64,000 bases of DNA from Eledone cirrhosa (Eukaryota), in the NCBI GenBank assembly GCA_964016885.1, contig OZ024741.1, positions 131,936,001 to 132,000,000 of the forward strand, read 5' to 3'. Both the position numbers and the translations under genes were made by a program. Positions 1-15,161 of the stretch are shown here, in pieces. How positions within the stretch are numbered: position 1 is the stretch's first letter; each line of letters opens with the position of its first letter. The notes beneath the pieces are model-generated. The model did not search any database. It was not told the origin of the DNA and saw only the letters and a list, made by a program, of their open reading frames with translations.

Positions 1-214
1 AGATCATACCTATGTGAGTTATTATAAACACATGAAAAAAGGTTCCGTGTTCAAAAAAAAAAAAAAACCAACACAACTTTACATGTGTCTTTCTGCAAAT
101 CTGTCTATATCCATCTGTGTGTGTGAGCCTATGCGTGTGTATCAGTATGTTTATTTAGGTATGTATGTTGTATAAGAATGTTGAAACATCAAATAAATGC
201 GTACACATATACAG

Positions 215-333
<119 letters not shown>

Positions 334-817
334 CACATGTACATAACAAGGTATATGTGCAATATTCCACGTATATGTGTGTGTGTGAAAAATTCCAGTC
401 ACGTGAGGACATTTAATCACGTGATGATTCTAGAGTGCCAAATTCGATTTTTCACTGCCATACCGCACCAGATGGATTTCTATCGAATCAATTATTTTGT
501 GTATGTTCACACACAAACAAAACTTACATGTACACACACACATACACACACACTCATACTTACACACACACTCAAACACGAGCACTCAGATGAAAATACA
601 TATACACATACATATGTATGAATGTATCACATATATGTGTGGGTGTTTACACATATACATATATATGTGTGTGTGTTTGTGTATTTGTGTGCCGGTCTTA
701 TGTATGTGTTTTTTATGAGCGCATCCTTGAGAGTAGTGCGCACAAATGTTGTAAACGATTGCATGCGTGAATCATTCTCTTGGGCTATATACAAAATGTG
801 CGTGCTAATATGTGTTG

Positions 818-848
<31 letters not shown>

Positions 849-879
849 ACCATATATATATATATATATATATACAAGC

Positions 880-961
<82 letters not shown>

Positions 962-1192
962 TATACAGGTAGCCATGTATGTGATCCAAGTAAGTCTTCA
1001 TCTTTGATTTCACTTCGTAGTGAAAGTTGAATCTCAATTATTCTTTTCGTCTGAATCATTTTTTTTTTTTTGTATCTGTCGATTTTTCTCTATCTATATA
1101 TATCTTACATAATAATAATTTCATTTCAAACATCACGTACAACTATCTTATTCCCGTCAAAATTTTATGCATGAGTGTGTATTTTTTCAATA

Positions 1193-1229
<37 letters not shown>

Positions 1230-1354
1230 TTGTCCTGTAAAATAGAAACTTTTGATATTTTCCCTAATATTCTTATGCACAAAATCAACAGTTTTGTCAC
1301 AAAAAGAAGATTTCATTTCATTTTATTTTTGTTTGCACATACAACACACACACA

Positions 1355-1425
<71 letters not shown>

Positions 1426-1481
1426 AGGTGTATTATTGGTTGCCTTCAGATTTTCATTTTGATATATATATATATATATAA

Positions 1482-1540
<59 letters not shown>

Positions 1541-2592
1541 CGTAACTATATATATATATATATATATACGTATATATATTTCTTGTGTCTGTTTGACCAT
1601 AATACCATTTTTGCCATATATATATATATACGTCGCAATTTGAGAGAAAAATTAACTCTCTCAAAATCAAGTATACACTAATGTACGCATCTATTAGGTG
1701 TTATGTATCTTATTCACATTATATCAATGATGGTTTGATAAATCCAAAGAGGTTTGTATTTGAATATAATCTGTAGCAAATTTGTTATTTTCATCATATA
1801 CATATAGTTTCTATCACAAGCTACTAATCCTTTTTTTTTTATTTCTATCAATTAGTATAAATGTATCTTGTACAACAACATTCAGTAAAATGTGTTCGGA
1901 TGGAAAATGGCGAATTATTATTTGTTGATGTGCAATGTCCATGGATTACTTCCTCCGAAACTAATGTTAATATTTTGAATAAGGAACATTTATTCAATAT
2001 GAGGCAAAAATGTATTTTGGTCGAGCAGGAGTCAACAGGAAATTGTCAATCAAATAGACGATCGTTGTTTTGAAAAACTAATTTTTACATAATTTCATTT
2101 ATACTTTATTTTATTTTCTTAATTGATAACGATTTCTTCCAAATATGCTCTTGTTCAGTAAGCTCCGATATGTATTTGGACAAGCTAACATACAATTGAA
2201 ATAAGGGACAATAACATTGATTCATAAATCAACAAAAATAATGGTGAAATGGCGCCACGTTATACATTCATATATGTTTTATTTTTTTGTTGTTTTCTTT
2301 TTTCTTTTTTTTTCTGTTTCAATAACCCATACAATAGGTTTGTCAGACACACATACTATAGAGAGGACTGTCTGGGTTGTTTGTCATACATAGATTTGCC
2401 TGATTCATCAAATATGACTTTAGTTTTTGTTGTATTGTATATATACAACAATTATTTCTTCATTGTTTTCTCGTTTATTTTTTTAATTCTACAACAGAAG
2501 AAAAAAGTCATTTTATAAATTCATATAATTTTCTAGGATAATTTTCGTTAAAATGTTTTTTTTTCTGCGTGGTCTAGTATATGGCATCATAC

Positions 2593-2632
<40 letters not shown>

Positions 2633-3062
2633 CTTTGTGTGCGCGTGTGTGTGAGTATGTATGTACGCATATAATTATGTATGTGTATATATATATAGAG
2701 AGAGAGAAATAGATAGATAGATAGTTTTTCAGGCGAAAGGTTCTTAGACATGTTAGTTGTAGATTATATTATTTTCTAGAAATTGTTCCACATAAAGATT
2801 TAATGTGAGCAATTTAGATGGAAGCTGGTTCTGTTCTTTGGTTTACAATGCCAGTTGTTCTGTGCTACATAATAAAACTTTTAGAGGACTATCCGATAGA
2901 ATAGACAATAAAAGATTCGAAAGGAATGAAAAATCACGTTATGTTGTAAGTACACGTTCAGGATATGTGCGTATAACTAGATGTAAAGGACTAGTTGTGT
3001 ATGTTACATATGTTGCATAATATGTTTTTCCACATACGAGCAAGCACATAGATATACACGTA

Positions 3063-3138
<76 letters not shown>

Positions 3139-3234
3139 GCAGGCAAATATGAAGTAGATTACAACCACTTATTTTTATTGAACCACTGATAGATGTACTA
3201 GTACCATCACCAACACAACCAGTACTACTACTAC

Positions 3235-3268
<34 letters not shown>

Positions 3269-3383
3269 TTACATCATTATTCTTATTTCTACCCATTGCT
3301 ATAATAAAGAGTTTAAAACTTCCTTTTGTTTATGTTTATTTTCTTCATTTCTTTCTTTTGTTATTTTATTATTATTATCATTA

Positions 3384-3437
<54 letters not shown>

Positions 3438-3659
3438 GTTTCTTTTTTTGTTTACAATATGTTTTTTTTTCTTTCTTTTAATTTTTGTTCTGTTATTTCT
3501 GATATAGTATTCGTCATACTCAGAAAATGACAGTCACGATTACAGGCAAATACCAGTGGGAAAGGCATAAGCATCACAACCTCGTCGTACACAGTCTATG
3601 TTATGTTTCATAAACGTCTATATATTTTTCAAAAATACAATAAAAAAAATATGTGCCTA

Positions 3660-3749
<90 letters not shown>

Positions 3750-3991
3750 CATAAACAAAGTGAGACAGAATGTCAGAACGTTTCAGATACAGGTTTAAAA
3801 TGGATTCTATATTTTTAGTTATATGTCTATCAAAGTGCGACGAACGTTAAAAGAAAAACAGGCGAACCCGATATAGGATACAAGCACGGATATAACATAA
3901 ACTCTAAATACTGAAATCTAAAAGGTTGCTTACGTACATACATAAATACACACACACACATGCATATATATATATATATATATATACATAC

Positions 3992-4070
<79 letters not shown>

Positions 4071-4195
4071 TATATACATGTGTGCATGTGTATGCGTTTG
4101 TTTGTCTGTTTAAACGGGAAACGCGTGGAAATGTATGCATCTACATATCTATCTATACATATATATATATATGTATATATATATATGTATATATA

Positions 4196-4266
<71 letters not shown>

Positions 4267-4656
4267 ATGTATGAATATGTGTATATATACATATGTGTGT
4301 GTGTAACCAATATTCACATGTGTTACACTTATCCGACACTGGGTCAAAAGTAAATAGTGCGTTTAGCCAAAGAGAATTGCTAAAAGGTTTATGTATGAGA
4401 GAAGTAAAATAAGAATTAAGATCTCGGACATTTAATTCGCGTCTCATACGTTATTAAGGACCTGTCTTTGTACATGAAAGATATTTTCCATTTATTATTT
4501 TGTTTTTCAAATTATATATTGTTTATATTGCTGATGATGTTATAATTGGGGCTTGTTGTGGTTCTTACCTTATAACATCTTACGAATCAAGGGGCTCTTG
4601 CATACATATCCATATACGCACAGGCATCTGCACTCATAAAAACACATAGGCACGTT

Positions 4657-4730
<74 letters not shown>

Positions 4731-4770
4731 CATATGTATATATACATATACATATATACATATATATACA

Positions 4771-4812
<42 letters not shown>

Positions 4813-4912
4813 CATATATATATATACATATATATATATACATATATATATATACATATATATATATACATATGTATATATACATATATATATACATATA
4901 TATACATATATG

Positions 4913-5033
<121 letters not shown>

Positions 5034-5392
5034 TCGATAAATTGAAAATAACAATATATAGAACCTAGAATATTTAAAGGTCAATGTGATTTTCCAGTCC
5101 ACAACATGAAGGGTAATAAACATTACAAAGTTTAATCAAATGTGTAAATTCCTATTACAGTAGTATTATAATTTCACGGAGCATATATATAAATATTAAA
5201 TAATAAGTCAAGAAGTATTGTATTAAATCATTTGACTTACACGTGTTTCTCTAGTCCAACGAGAAATGAAAGATATCTCATTCTTGACGCACTGGTTCGC
5301 CAGAGTCAAATGAATTAAAATAATATGCATTACATATTTGAATATACCAGCGGAAGTTATATAATATATTATATAAGTTATGTTTAAATAGA

Positions 5393-5492
5393 GGTAGGCA
5401 TTGCCTTTCATCCTTACGGGGCCGATAAAATAAAGTACCAGTAATGTACTGGGTAATTGATGGCCTTGTGCCAAAAGTAGAAACAATTATTA
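5393..5492 (+). mobile_element. 5'-truncated SINE fragment (3' half)
   Basis: ttgcctttcatccttacggggccgataaaataaagtaccagtaatg...ggccttgtgccaaaagtagaaacaattatt matches the full copy at 5884. Confidence 0.85.
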
Positions 5493-5796
5493 ATATATTA
5501 TATGACGTTATTTCAGTTCGTAACTCGATTATAAATAAAATTACGTTTAGAAACTCCTCTGGAAGTATCGTTAATATCATTATAAATCATATAATTTTTG
5601 AAAGATCGAACAGAAATATCTGGAAATAACCTTAACTTAACAGTAACATTAAAATAATACGATATCAAATACAACAATAAAAGTAATTAAAATTATAACT
5701 ATAAGGTTATGATTAATGCTGCCATTTCTTTTAATGTATTTCTCTATATTTCACCTTTGTAATGTTTTTTATTATAATTACCACATTATTATTATC

Positions 5797-5862
<66 letters not shown>

Positions 5863-5883
5863 ATTATTATTATTATTATTATT

Positions 5884-6064
5884 GGTGGATTGGCAGTATG
5901 GGTAAAGGGTCGGACGCCATGCTTTCTAGCATAGTTACGTCCCTTGCCATTCTGAGTTCAAATCCCACCGTAGTTAACTTTGCTTTCATCCATACGGGGT
6001 CGATAAAATAAATTTACCAGTAATGCACTGGGTAATTGCTGGCCTTGTGCCAAAAGTAGAAACA

Positions 6065-6112
<48 letters not shown>
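5884..6112 (+). mobile_element. Full-length tRNA-derived SINE with (ATT)n tail, embedded in (ATT)n
   Basis: A-box-like tggcagtatggg, B-box gagttcaaatcc, conserved central segment and (ATT)n tail. A second full copy lies at 61836-62025. Confidence 0.88.
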
Positions 6113-6465
6113 GTTATTGTTCTTGTTGTTGTTTTTGTTGTGTTGTTGGTGGTGATATTAGTTAGGAGGCGAACAAAATAACTTACGGTATTTGTTTCGA
6201 AGTCAAATTTGTTTTTCATCCTTCAGACGTTGATTAAACTATGGTCGATTTAATCAACGTTCCCCTTCCCAAAAATTTCTGATCTTGCGTCAATGTTTGA
6301 AAGAATTGATATTATATCAGAAACCGCCTGTAAACATGAGATGTTTTCTGGGCGTGGATATTTCATTTTCCCGGTTTAAGCTATTTCCTTTCACTTTCAC
6401 TACTATGAACAGGCTATAGAAATGCATGAACACCACGTAACTCTACGCTCCTACTTTTAAATTAG

Positions 6466-6753
6466 GAGCCTTGTGCCTAAATGTAAAACTATTATTATTA
6501 TTATTAGAGGTTAACTTTGCCTTTCATCCTTACGGGGTCGATAAAATAAAGTACCAGTAATGCACTGGGATAATTGCTGGCCTTCCTTGTGCCAAAAGTA
6601 GAAACAATTATTATTATTAGAGGTTAACTTTGCCTTTCATCCTTATGGGGTCGATAAAATAAAGTACCAGTAATGCACTGGGATAATTGCTGGCCTTGTG
6701 CCAAAAGTAGAAATAATAATAATAATAATTATTATTATTATTATTATTATTAT
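6466..6753 (+). mobile_element. Tandem 5'-truncated SINE 3' halves (one tail remnant plus two ~110-bp units)
   Basis: Two near-identical units starting agaggttaactttgcctttcatcc (~6507, ~6619), each ending gtagaaa(c)aa-(ATT/AAT)n. Confidence 0.88.
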
Positions 6754-7134
6754 TTAAAATGACTGTAAATTGGTAGAATTGGAATGTCCACGGTTTTTAA
6801 TTACAACTTATAAGATTCTAAGATCTAATCGAGATCAATGTTGCTCTTTATGTAAAATAAAGTCGAGATCAATCATCGAGGTGGTTCTAATCGAGTCCAG
6901 TTTTATTTGTAGGAATTCGGTTTGATATTATTGAAACTGCTGATGATGTTCTTTTTTTTTTGGTAACGTAACTACCTTTAGTACATTTCTAGCAATGAAA
7001 GAGCGGAAAATTGAACTGTCATCCATCTTGAATGAAAAACAAAACTATGACAAAAGTTACATAACAAGGTTGTATTAGTGGGGCCATTCACGTCATTTGA
7101 AAAATATCAAGTTGACTCTACCACATGCCTAAAC

Positions 7135-7192
<58 letters not shown>

Positions 7193-7354
7193 TAACGGTA
7201 TTGCAATAACAGAAAGGTAGTCAAATGAAAAATACCAGGATTATAGTTCAATGATGAACCAAACTTGTCAAGATTATGGCGAGACAATGTTGATACCAAA
7301 TGGTTGATACAATATGTATCATGATTATTTCCCCTTTGCATCTCAGAAAAAAAT

Positions 7355-7388
<34 letters not shown>

Positions 7389-7726
7389 TATAATACGGTA
7401 ATTATAGTAAAGAATAATAAAAATTGATAAGAAGTACAACAAAATGAAGGTTAAAATTAAACTTTGCATTATCTGTCACGTGCAGTGTGTATTCACTTTC
7501 TTCATCTTTCAATGTATTTTCTCTTCTTCATTGTTCTAAGATTTATCTTGTTCCATTTGTTGTTGTTGTTGTTGATGTTATAATTTTTGTTGTTTTTACT
7601 ATTGTAAGGTGAAGTATTTTTCAATATTACCACACTGTGTGCCATCAATTGGCGTGATAAACATTTTATGAATTTGTTTTCTAAGTTGATATTATGTATG
7701 CATGTATGCATATATGTATGTATATA

Positions 7727-7813
<87 letters not shown>

Positions 7814-7842
7814 ATATATATGTATGTATGTATATATATATG

Positions 7843-7873
<31 letters not shown>

Positions 7874-8600
7874 CTGTGTGTAATTGGCATAGTATCTTCA
7901 TCATCATCATCATTATCCTTATCTTTATTGTTATTATTATTATTGTTATCAACATTATTAACAACATCATGAATTTGGATTAACATATTGTAAAAGAAAC
8001 TTTCTTATACATTTCATTTTCAATTGATTTCATGATGATGATGATGATGATGATAATGATGATCAGGATCAGGATCATGATGATGGTGATGTTGGCGATA
8101 ATGAGAATGATGACGATGTTTGTAATGTTGGGAAGAGTAATGCTAGTGTTGTTGCTGGTGAATCTTAATGATGTTGATGTCGATTTCTTTGTAATGAAAT
8201 ATCAGTGTCTTTATATAACCTTAGGTGTCAGTTTTTTGTTACACACACATTCACAGATAAACACAAACACGTAAGCTTACATGAACACATACACATACTC
8301 AAGTACACTCACAACATTTATTGTATCTTATTGTCAAATGAATTTGTAATAAAAAAAATAATAATGATAATGATAATACAAATGATAATAGATCTAAATA
8401 CAATACTATGAAACAACAAATTTTATCAACAACGATATCCTTTGAAAAACATTCAGAAACACTCACAAATTAGGATATCGAATATTGTTGAAATAACACG
8501 AGCCGATCATGTGCAAATATACATGAGAATTTGCACCATCGTTACTCCGGGTGTATATATATATATATATATATGCATATATATACACAAACGCGCGTAC

Positions 8601-8631
<31 letters not shown>

Positions 8632-8746
8632 TATATATATATATATATATGCATATATACATTTATCCGCGTGATGTTGATCGATGTGATGTGATAACGA
8701 GTACTCAGTACCTATTAAGAGTATAAATATTCTCTGATATGGTTAA

Positions 8747-8795
8747 GTCTCTGATGATCCTTTGAGTACACAGGTGAAACTCCAAAGTAACAAGC
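8747..8795 (+). ncRNA. Degenerate hammerhead-ribozyme-like motif
   Basis: CTGATGA-t-CCTttG agta CACAGG-t-GAAA-CT ccaa AG-TA. Core, stem II and stem III are present; stem I is not evident. Confidence 0.5.
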
Positions 8796-8821
8796 AAGAA
8801 ATATCACTTACCCATAATAAA

Positions 8822-9007
<186 letters not shown>

Positions 9008-9141
9008 TTATGACTGCTTACTGTTATTGAGTGCTAATTCAGTTGGTGTTTGAATGTTTCAAGTACAAGTACTTTTAAACATCTGATCAATATATACATG
9101 TGTGGGCGAGATTGTGTGTGTGAGTTTGTGCGTGTGTGTGC

Positions 9142-9255
<114 letters not shown>

Positions 9256-9545
9256 TTATATATATATATATACATATATGTATATAAGTGTATGTGTGTG
9301 TGTGTGTCTATATTCATATACTATAGATTCGGTTTGCTTGTAAGTTGGTCAGAACTGTTTAAAATAGCTGGATAGTAAAATTTTCATCATTGCATATTTT
9401 CAAACCTTCTCGCTGTTGATACGATGCTAACCTGAAATTCAGCGTTCAATTTAAAAAAAGAGTTAAAAGCAAATATAACAAATATATAAATATATAAAAT
9501 AAAACGAATCAGCCATATCTAAAACCTAATACATACGTACATGTA

Positions 9546-9580
<35 letters not shown>

Positions 9581-10045
9581 TTATTTATTTATTAAAATAA
9601 CAGATTAAAGTTTAAGCAAAGAATCGCTTTAATCTTTAATTCCCGAGATTAAAATATATACACATGTATACATATATATATATACATATACATATATATA
9701 TACATATACATATATATATTTATGTACATATATGTATGTATGTATGTATATATATATATATATATATATATTTGTGTGTCTGTGTGTGAATGTGTGTATG
9801 TGTGTGTGCATGTATGCATGCCTGCGTTAACATATGTATGTGCTACATCTACATGAAACGTGTGTATTTAAAAATGAGAATATGGTTGGGTTATTAAATA
9901 CGTAATGGATTTCGTCGAAAATAAAGGAGAAAAGTATTGGAAAAGTCTACCAATTCATATGCAGCTATATATAAACATAAATTAATCTATATATTTAAAT
10001 TGCATATATATATACACATATATGTAAATATATATCTATATATAT

Positions 10046-10082
<37 letters not shown>

Positions 10083-10365
10083 CGTTTAAGATTACATGAT
10101 TTATTTATTCACTTCAGGAAAACCAAAATACCTGGTGTTTTCCTCCATGATGTGTATATGAAGTACACTCATGTAGTTCATTGTTTAGCAAACATTCGTT
10201 TTTCATTTTTTTTTAGATGTTTTTTAACATATACAGATAACTATTATCAGCATATAACGATTCATGTAATATTGTGCTACATTTATTAATCATATAAACA
10301 TATGAAAAATATTAGAGCTATTAGATGATAAATTATATAGAGATGGATTAAATAAAATAAATAAT

Positions 10366-10429
<64 letters not shown>

Positions 10430-10534
10430 GCATACACAATCACACACATAGACACACATCCATGCACACACACACATATAAATATATATGTAATCATATA
10501 TATATATACATATACATATATATGTATATATATG

Positions 10535-10584
<50 letters not shown>

Positions 10585-11134
10585 GATAAAAATAATAATA
10601 ATAATAATTAATAAATACCAAACTGAGGTTGTGTTTTATTGAAATGTTCACTATTTTTCTCTTTCTTGTTACGATTTTGTTTCTCATCGAAATATTAAAA
10701 CCATTTCCTGTTTTTATATTTTGAAAATATCCTTTTTTTATTGAAATTAAATATTTTATTACAATGTAGCCGAATCGAAATTCGCAAAAAAGTATCACAT
10801 ATTTCAAATAAATATTTAAATATGTTTGTGGAAATCATTAATAAAGTGAAAATAACTCAAGCGAAATTGCATGAAAAACATATAACATTTATTACACAAA
10901 GGTCTGTACGATGTATTTATTTTTAAATTACATTCTTTTTTGGTATGTGTTTTCAAAGAAGCAAAAAGCAAAAGAATTACCCAGTCAATTAATGGAATGA
11001 AGATTTTATATTGTATATTGTATATTTATTCTTTTATTTAAAAAAAAAAACTTCATTTATTTTGTCTCTAAGATAATATTGGTAAAATATATTTATAGGA
11101 CACCTGGCTTTTTTCATACTTTACAAAATGTAGA

Positions 11135-11209
<75 letters not shown>

Positions 11210-11212
11210 ATA

Positions 11213-11300
<88 letters not shown>

Positions 11301-11416
11301 TAAATATATATATATGTATATATATGTATATATATATGTGTATATATATGTATATATACACATGTATATATATGTATATATATATGTGTATATATATGTA
11401 TATAAATATATATGTG

Positions 11417-11468
<52 letters not shown>

Positions 11469-11494
11469 CATATATATATATAAATATATATATT

Positions 11495-11548
<54 letters not shown>

Positions 11549-11553
11549 CATAC

Positions 11554-11616
<63 letters not shown>

Positions 11617-11890
11617 GATCTATTTGTATGTATGTGATTGTGTGTAAGTTGGAATAAATGTGTATACATGTGTTTTCAAATACAATTTATTTTGATGCAC
11701 AAATGTTGAATTATATTCACAATTTGATATATACCTACGCAAGAAAAAATATATATCAATTCATAAATGTATGCACATGATATTAAATTGAACATCATGA
11801 ATATATACATACACACATACATATGCACACGCACACACATACGTATATATATATAATTATTTATATATATATGTTCATACATGTGTGTAT

Positions 11891-11994
11891 GTAACATATA
11901 TATATATGTTATATATATAACATATATATATATATATATATATATGTTATATATATAACATATATATATATATATATATATATGTTATATATAT

Positions 11995-12063
<69 letters not shown>

Positions 12064-12084
12064 ACATATATATATATATATATG

Positions 12085-12140
<56 letters not shown>
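11891..12140. repeat. Palindromic compound repeat TAAC(AT)nGTTA in tandem
   Basis: Alternating taac and gtta interruptions within (AT)n. Confidence 0.85.
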
Positions 12141-12173
<33 letters not shown>

Positions 12174-12251
12174 CATACACACATGTATGAACATATATAT
12201 ATAAATATATATATATACGTATGTGTGTGTGTGCATATGTATGTGTGTATG

Positions 12252-12377
<126 letters not shown>

Positions 12378-12424
12378 TATATGTTCATACATGTATATGT
12401 GTGTATGTCTGAATATATATATAT

Positions 12425-12514
<90 letters not shown>

Positions 12515-12797
12515 CACACATATGCTCATAACACATACCCACATAAACACGGACTCACACATGAATACGCGCACACCCACATTTCTATATGTAAGTAAAA
12601 CGAAGTGAGTAATAGATTGTTTTATGTTCATACGAAATATTTTATTTGTATCAATCCATTAAAGTACAAAAAGGAAGAAATTATAGTTTTTGTCGTATAT
12701 TTTTCATTTTCAAAATCTCTTAGATCAATAAATAAATATATATAAAGACTTAGTGGCAATCTGTTCTGTTTGATCTTGTCTTAAAGAACCTAATTAC

Positions 12798-12928
<131 letters not shown>

Positions 12929-13048
12929 TACGCACACACAAACCTACGTGCACACACACACACACACATACATCCACACATATATACACTCACGCTCACA
13001 GAACTGTAAGCACACAGATATAGATTACACACTGTATCATCAGAAAAC

Positions 13049-13092
13049 ACTGATGATCCTGTAAGTACACAGGTAAAATGCCAAAGTAACAT
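13049..13092 (+). ncRNA. Degenerate hammerhead-like motif, same family as 8747
   Basis: CTGATGA-t-CCTGTa agta cACAGG-t-AAAA-tgccaaagtaac. GAAA is mutated to AAAA. Confidence 0.42.
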
Positions 13093-13156
13093 GATTTACC
13101 ACTTCCGGTATTAAATAATATATATAGAGAGTCCATCATATATATATATATATATC

Positions 13157-13268
<112 letters not shown>

Positions 13269-13355
13269 TTACATATATATATACATATATATACGTGTGT
13301 TGCAACGGGTCACTTTGTGGCTCAATGAAAAATTAATAAATTAAATAATCAGAGC

Positions 13356-13988
13356 TATATATCATAAAACATGTCTATAGAATCACAAGATAAAATATAT
13401 AGCATTTCCTCTCCCAATTAGCATAAATAACTATATAAAAAATTGAATAGACCAGGCTATAAGAATGAGGCTTCTATGAAGAAATCTTCAACAAATAACC
13501 GAAACTAGCCCTTCGCGTTGGCCGCAACGGAATATTTATCGAATATTTCGACAGCGGCTACGTCACGATTCTTAGCCATTTTGAATGAATTCTTGGCGCG
13601 ATCACTTTCGAAAATGTAGTGTCTAGATAAGAGCAAATCTCCTGATGAATCCGGTGCTCGAGTTTATATAATTATTACATAATTATTGGAAAACTCAAAA
13701 TGCGGATGAAACCATGGTAGAGGTATTTAAATGTATTCTATTTTCTCCTAGTTTTTTTACACCTAATTCTGTTTAATTGACTGTATCTGGTCGATTACGC
13801 TGTCGAAATATTCGATAATATTCCGTTGCGGCCGACGCGAAGGGCTAGTTTCGGTTATTTGTTGAAGATTTCTTCATAGAAGCCTCATTTTTATAGCCTG
13901 GTCTATTCGATTTTTTATATAGTTAATTATGCTAACTGCGAGAGGAAATAGTATATATTTTATCTTGTGATTCTATAGACATGTTTTA

Positions 13989-13997
<9 letters not shown>
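13356..13997 (+). mobile_element. ORF-less foldback element: ~200-bp inverted arms around a ~240-bp spacer with a hammerhead (probably Penelope-derived)
   Basis: 13356-13556 is the reverse complement of 13798-13997 with few mismatches. The right end runs into (AT)n. Confidence 0.8.
13636..13726 (+). ncRNA. Type I hammerhead ribozyme with short stem III and extended stem II
   Basis: ctc-CTGATGA-ATCCG...CGGAT-GAAA-C catg G-TA-gag. Intact core, GUA cleavage triplet, palindromic stem III (ACCATGGT), stem I ctc/gag. Confidence 0.82.
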
Positions 13998-14082
<85 letters not shown>

Positions 14083-14747
14083 ATATGTATATTATATATA
14101 TTATATATATACAAATAAAGTTTCACCGAGAATCGCATTTTCAGGAAAAGCGAAGTGAAACACAAAAATCAGAAATGATACTGGCAAAGTGCTCAATAGT
14201 TAAAAACCAGAGCTAAACAATGTGTTAAGAAGCCATACAAAACTGAAAAGGTAGTCAAGAAAGCATTAACCACCCAAGCCAAAAACCAAATCAAGCTAAA
14301 CAGGTCAAATATATATATATATATGATGGACTCTCCCGTCGATATCCGACGTATGAGTGTCCAACAAAAGTTCAGCCCTCTGAATGTCAGTGTCGCATAT
14401 GACATTTCAATCCCGCAAAAGACCGGCGGAAATGTGAGAAAGTGAACTATATAAGTTTTGTTTTAAGTGCTGAAGGCTTGTGTAGAACCAACCACACTTT
14501 TTGGAACTGACGACACATATCTTCGGTGCAAAGTTTTGTCACGGAAAATACAACGACAGCCCTCACTCTGCTGAGTTCCTCCGCCCTTTGCTGAATCTTG
14601 TATTTCATCCAGCAGGGTGTCCAGATATCACCCTCCTCACAAAGCAAGCTTGGTGGAGTTGCCGGTTTAGTCGCCTACGACCTGACCATGCGACAGGTTG
14701 TACTAGGTTAGATGTTACTAGTAGCGCTCGAGCGTGACCTGACATAT

Positions 14748-14889
<142 letters not shown>

Positions 14890-15078
14890 TTTTGTGTTTG
14901 GGGTGCGAAAACTGGAAAACTACAAACCAATGTAATACTGGATAAATGATTTGAGTGTATCTATTGAAGAAGCAGAATTCAAATGACGAACCTAGCTGTT
15001 TCGATTCTACGTCTACAATATACCCTTCTCTCTCTCTCTCTCTCTCTCTCTCTACCCCTCTCTCTCTCTCTCTCTCTG

Positions 15079-15161
<83 letters not shown>

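Noticed and set aside
4562-4632. Minus-strand mini-exon with AG/GTAAG boundaries
   Set aside because: Stop codons occur in all three frames.
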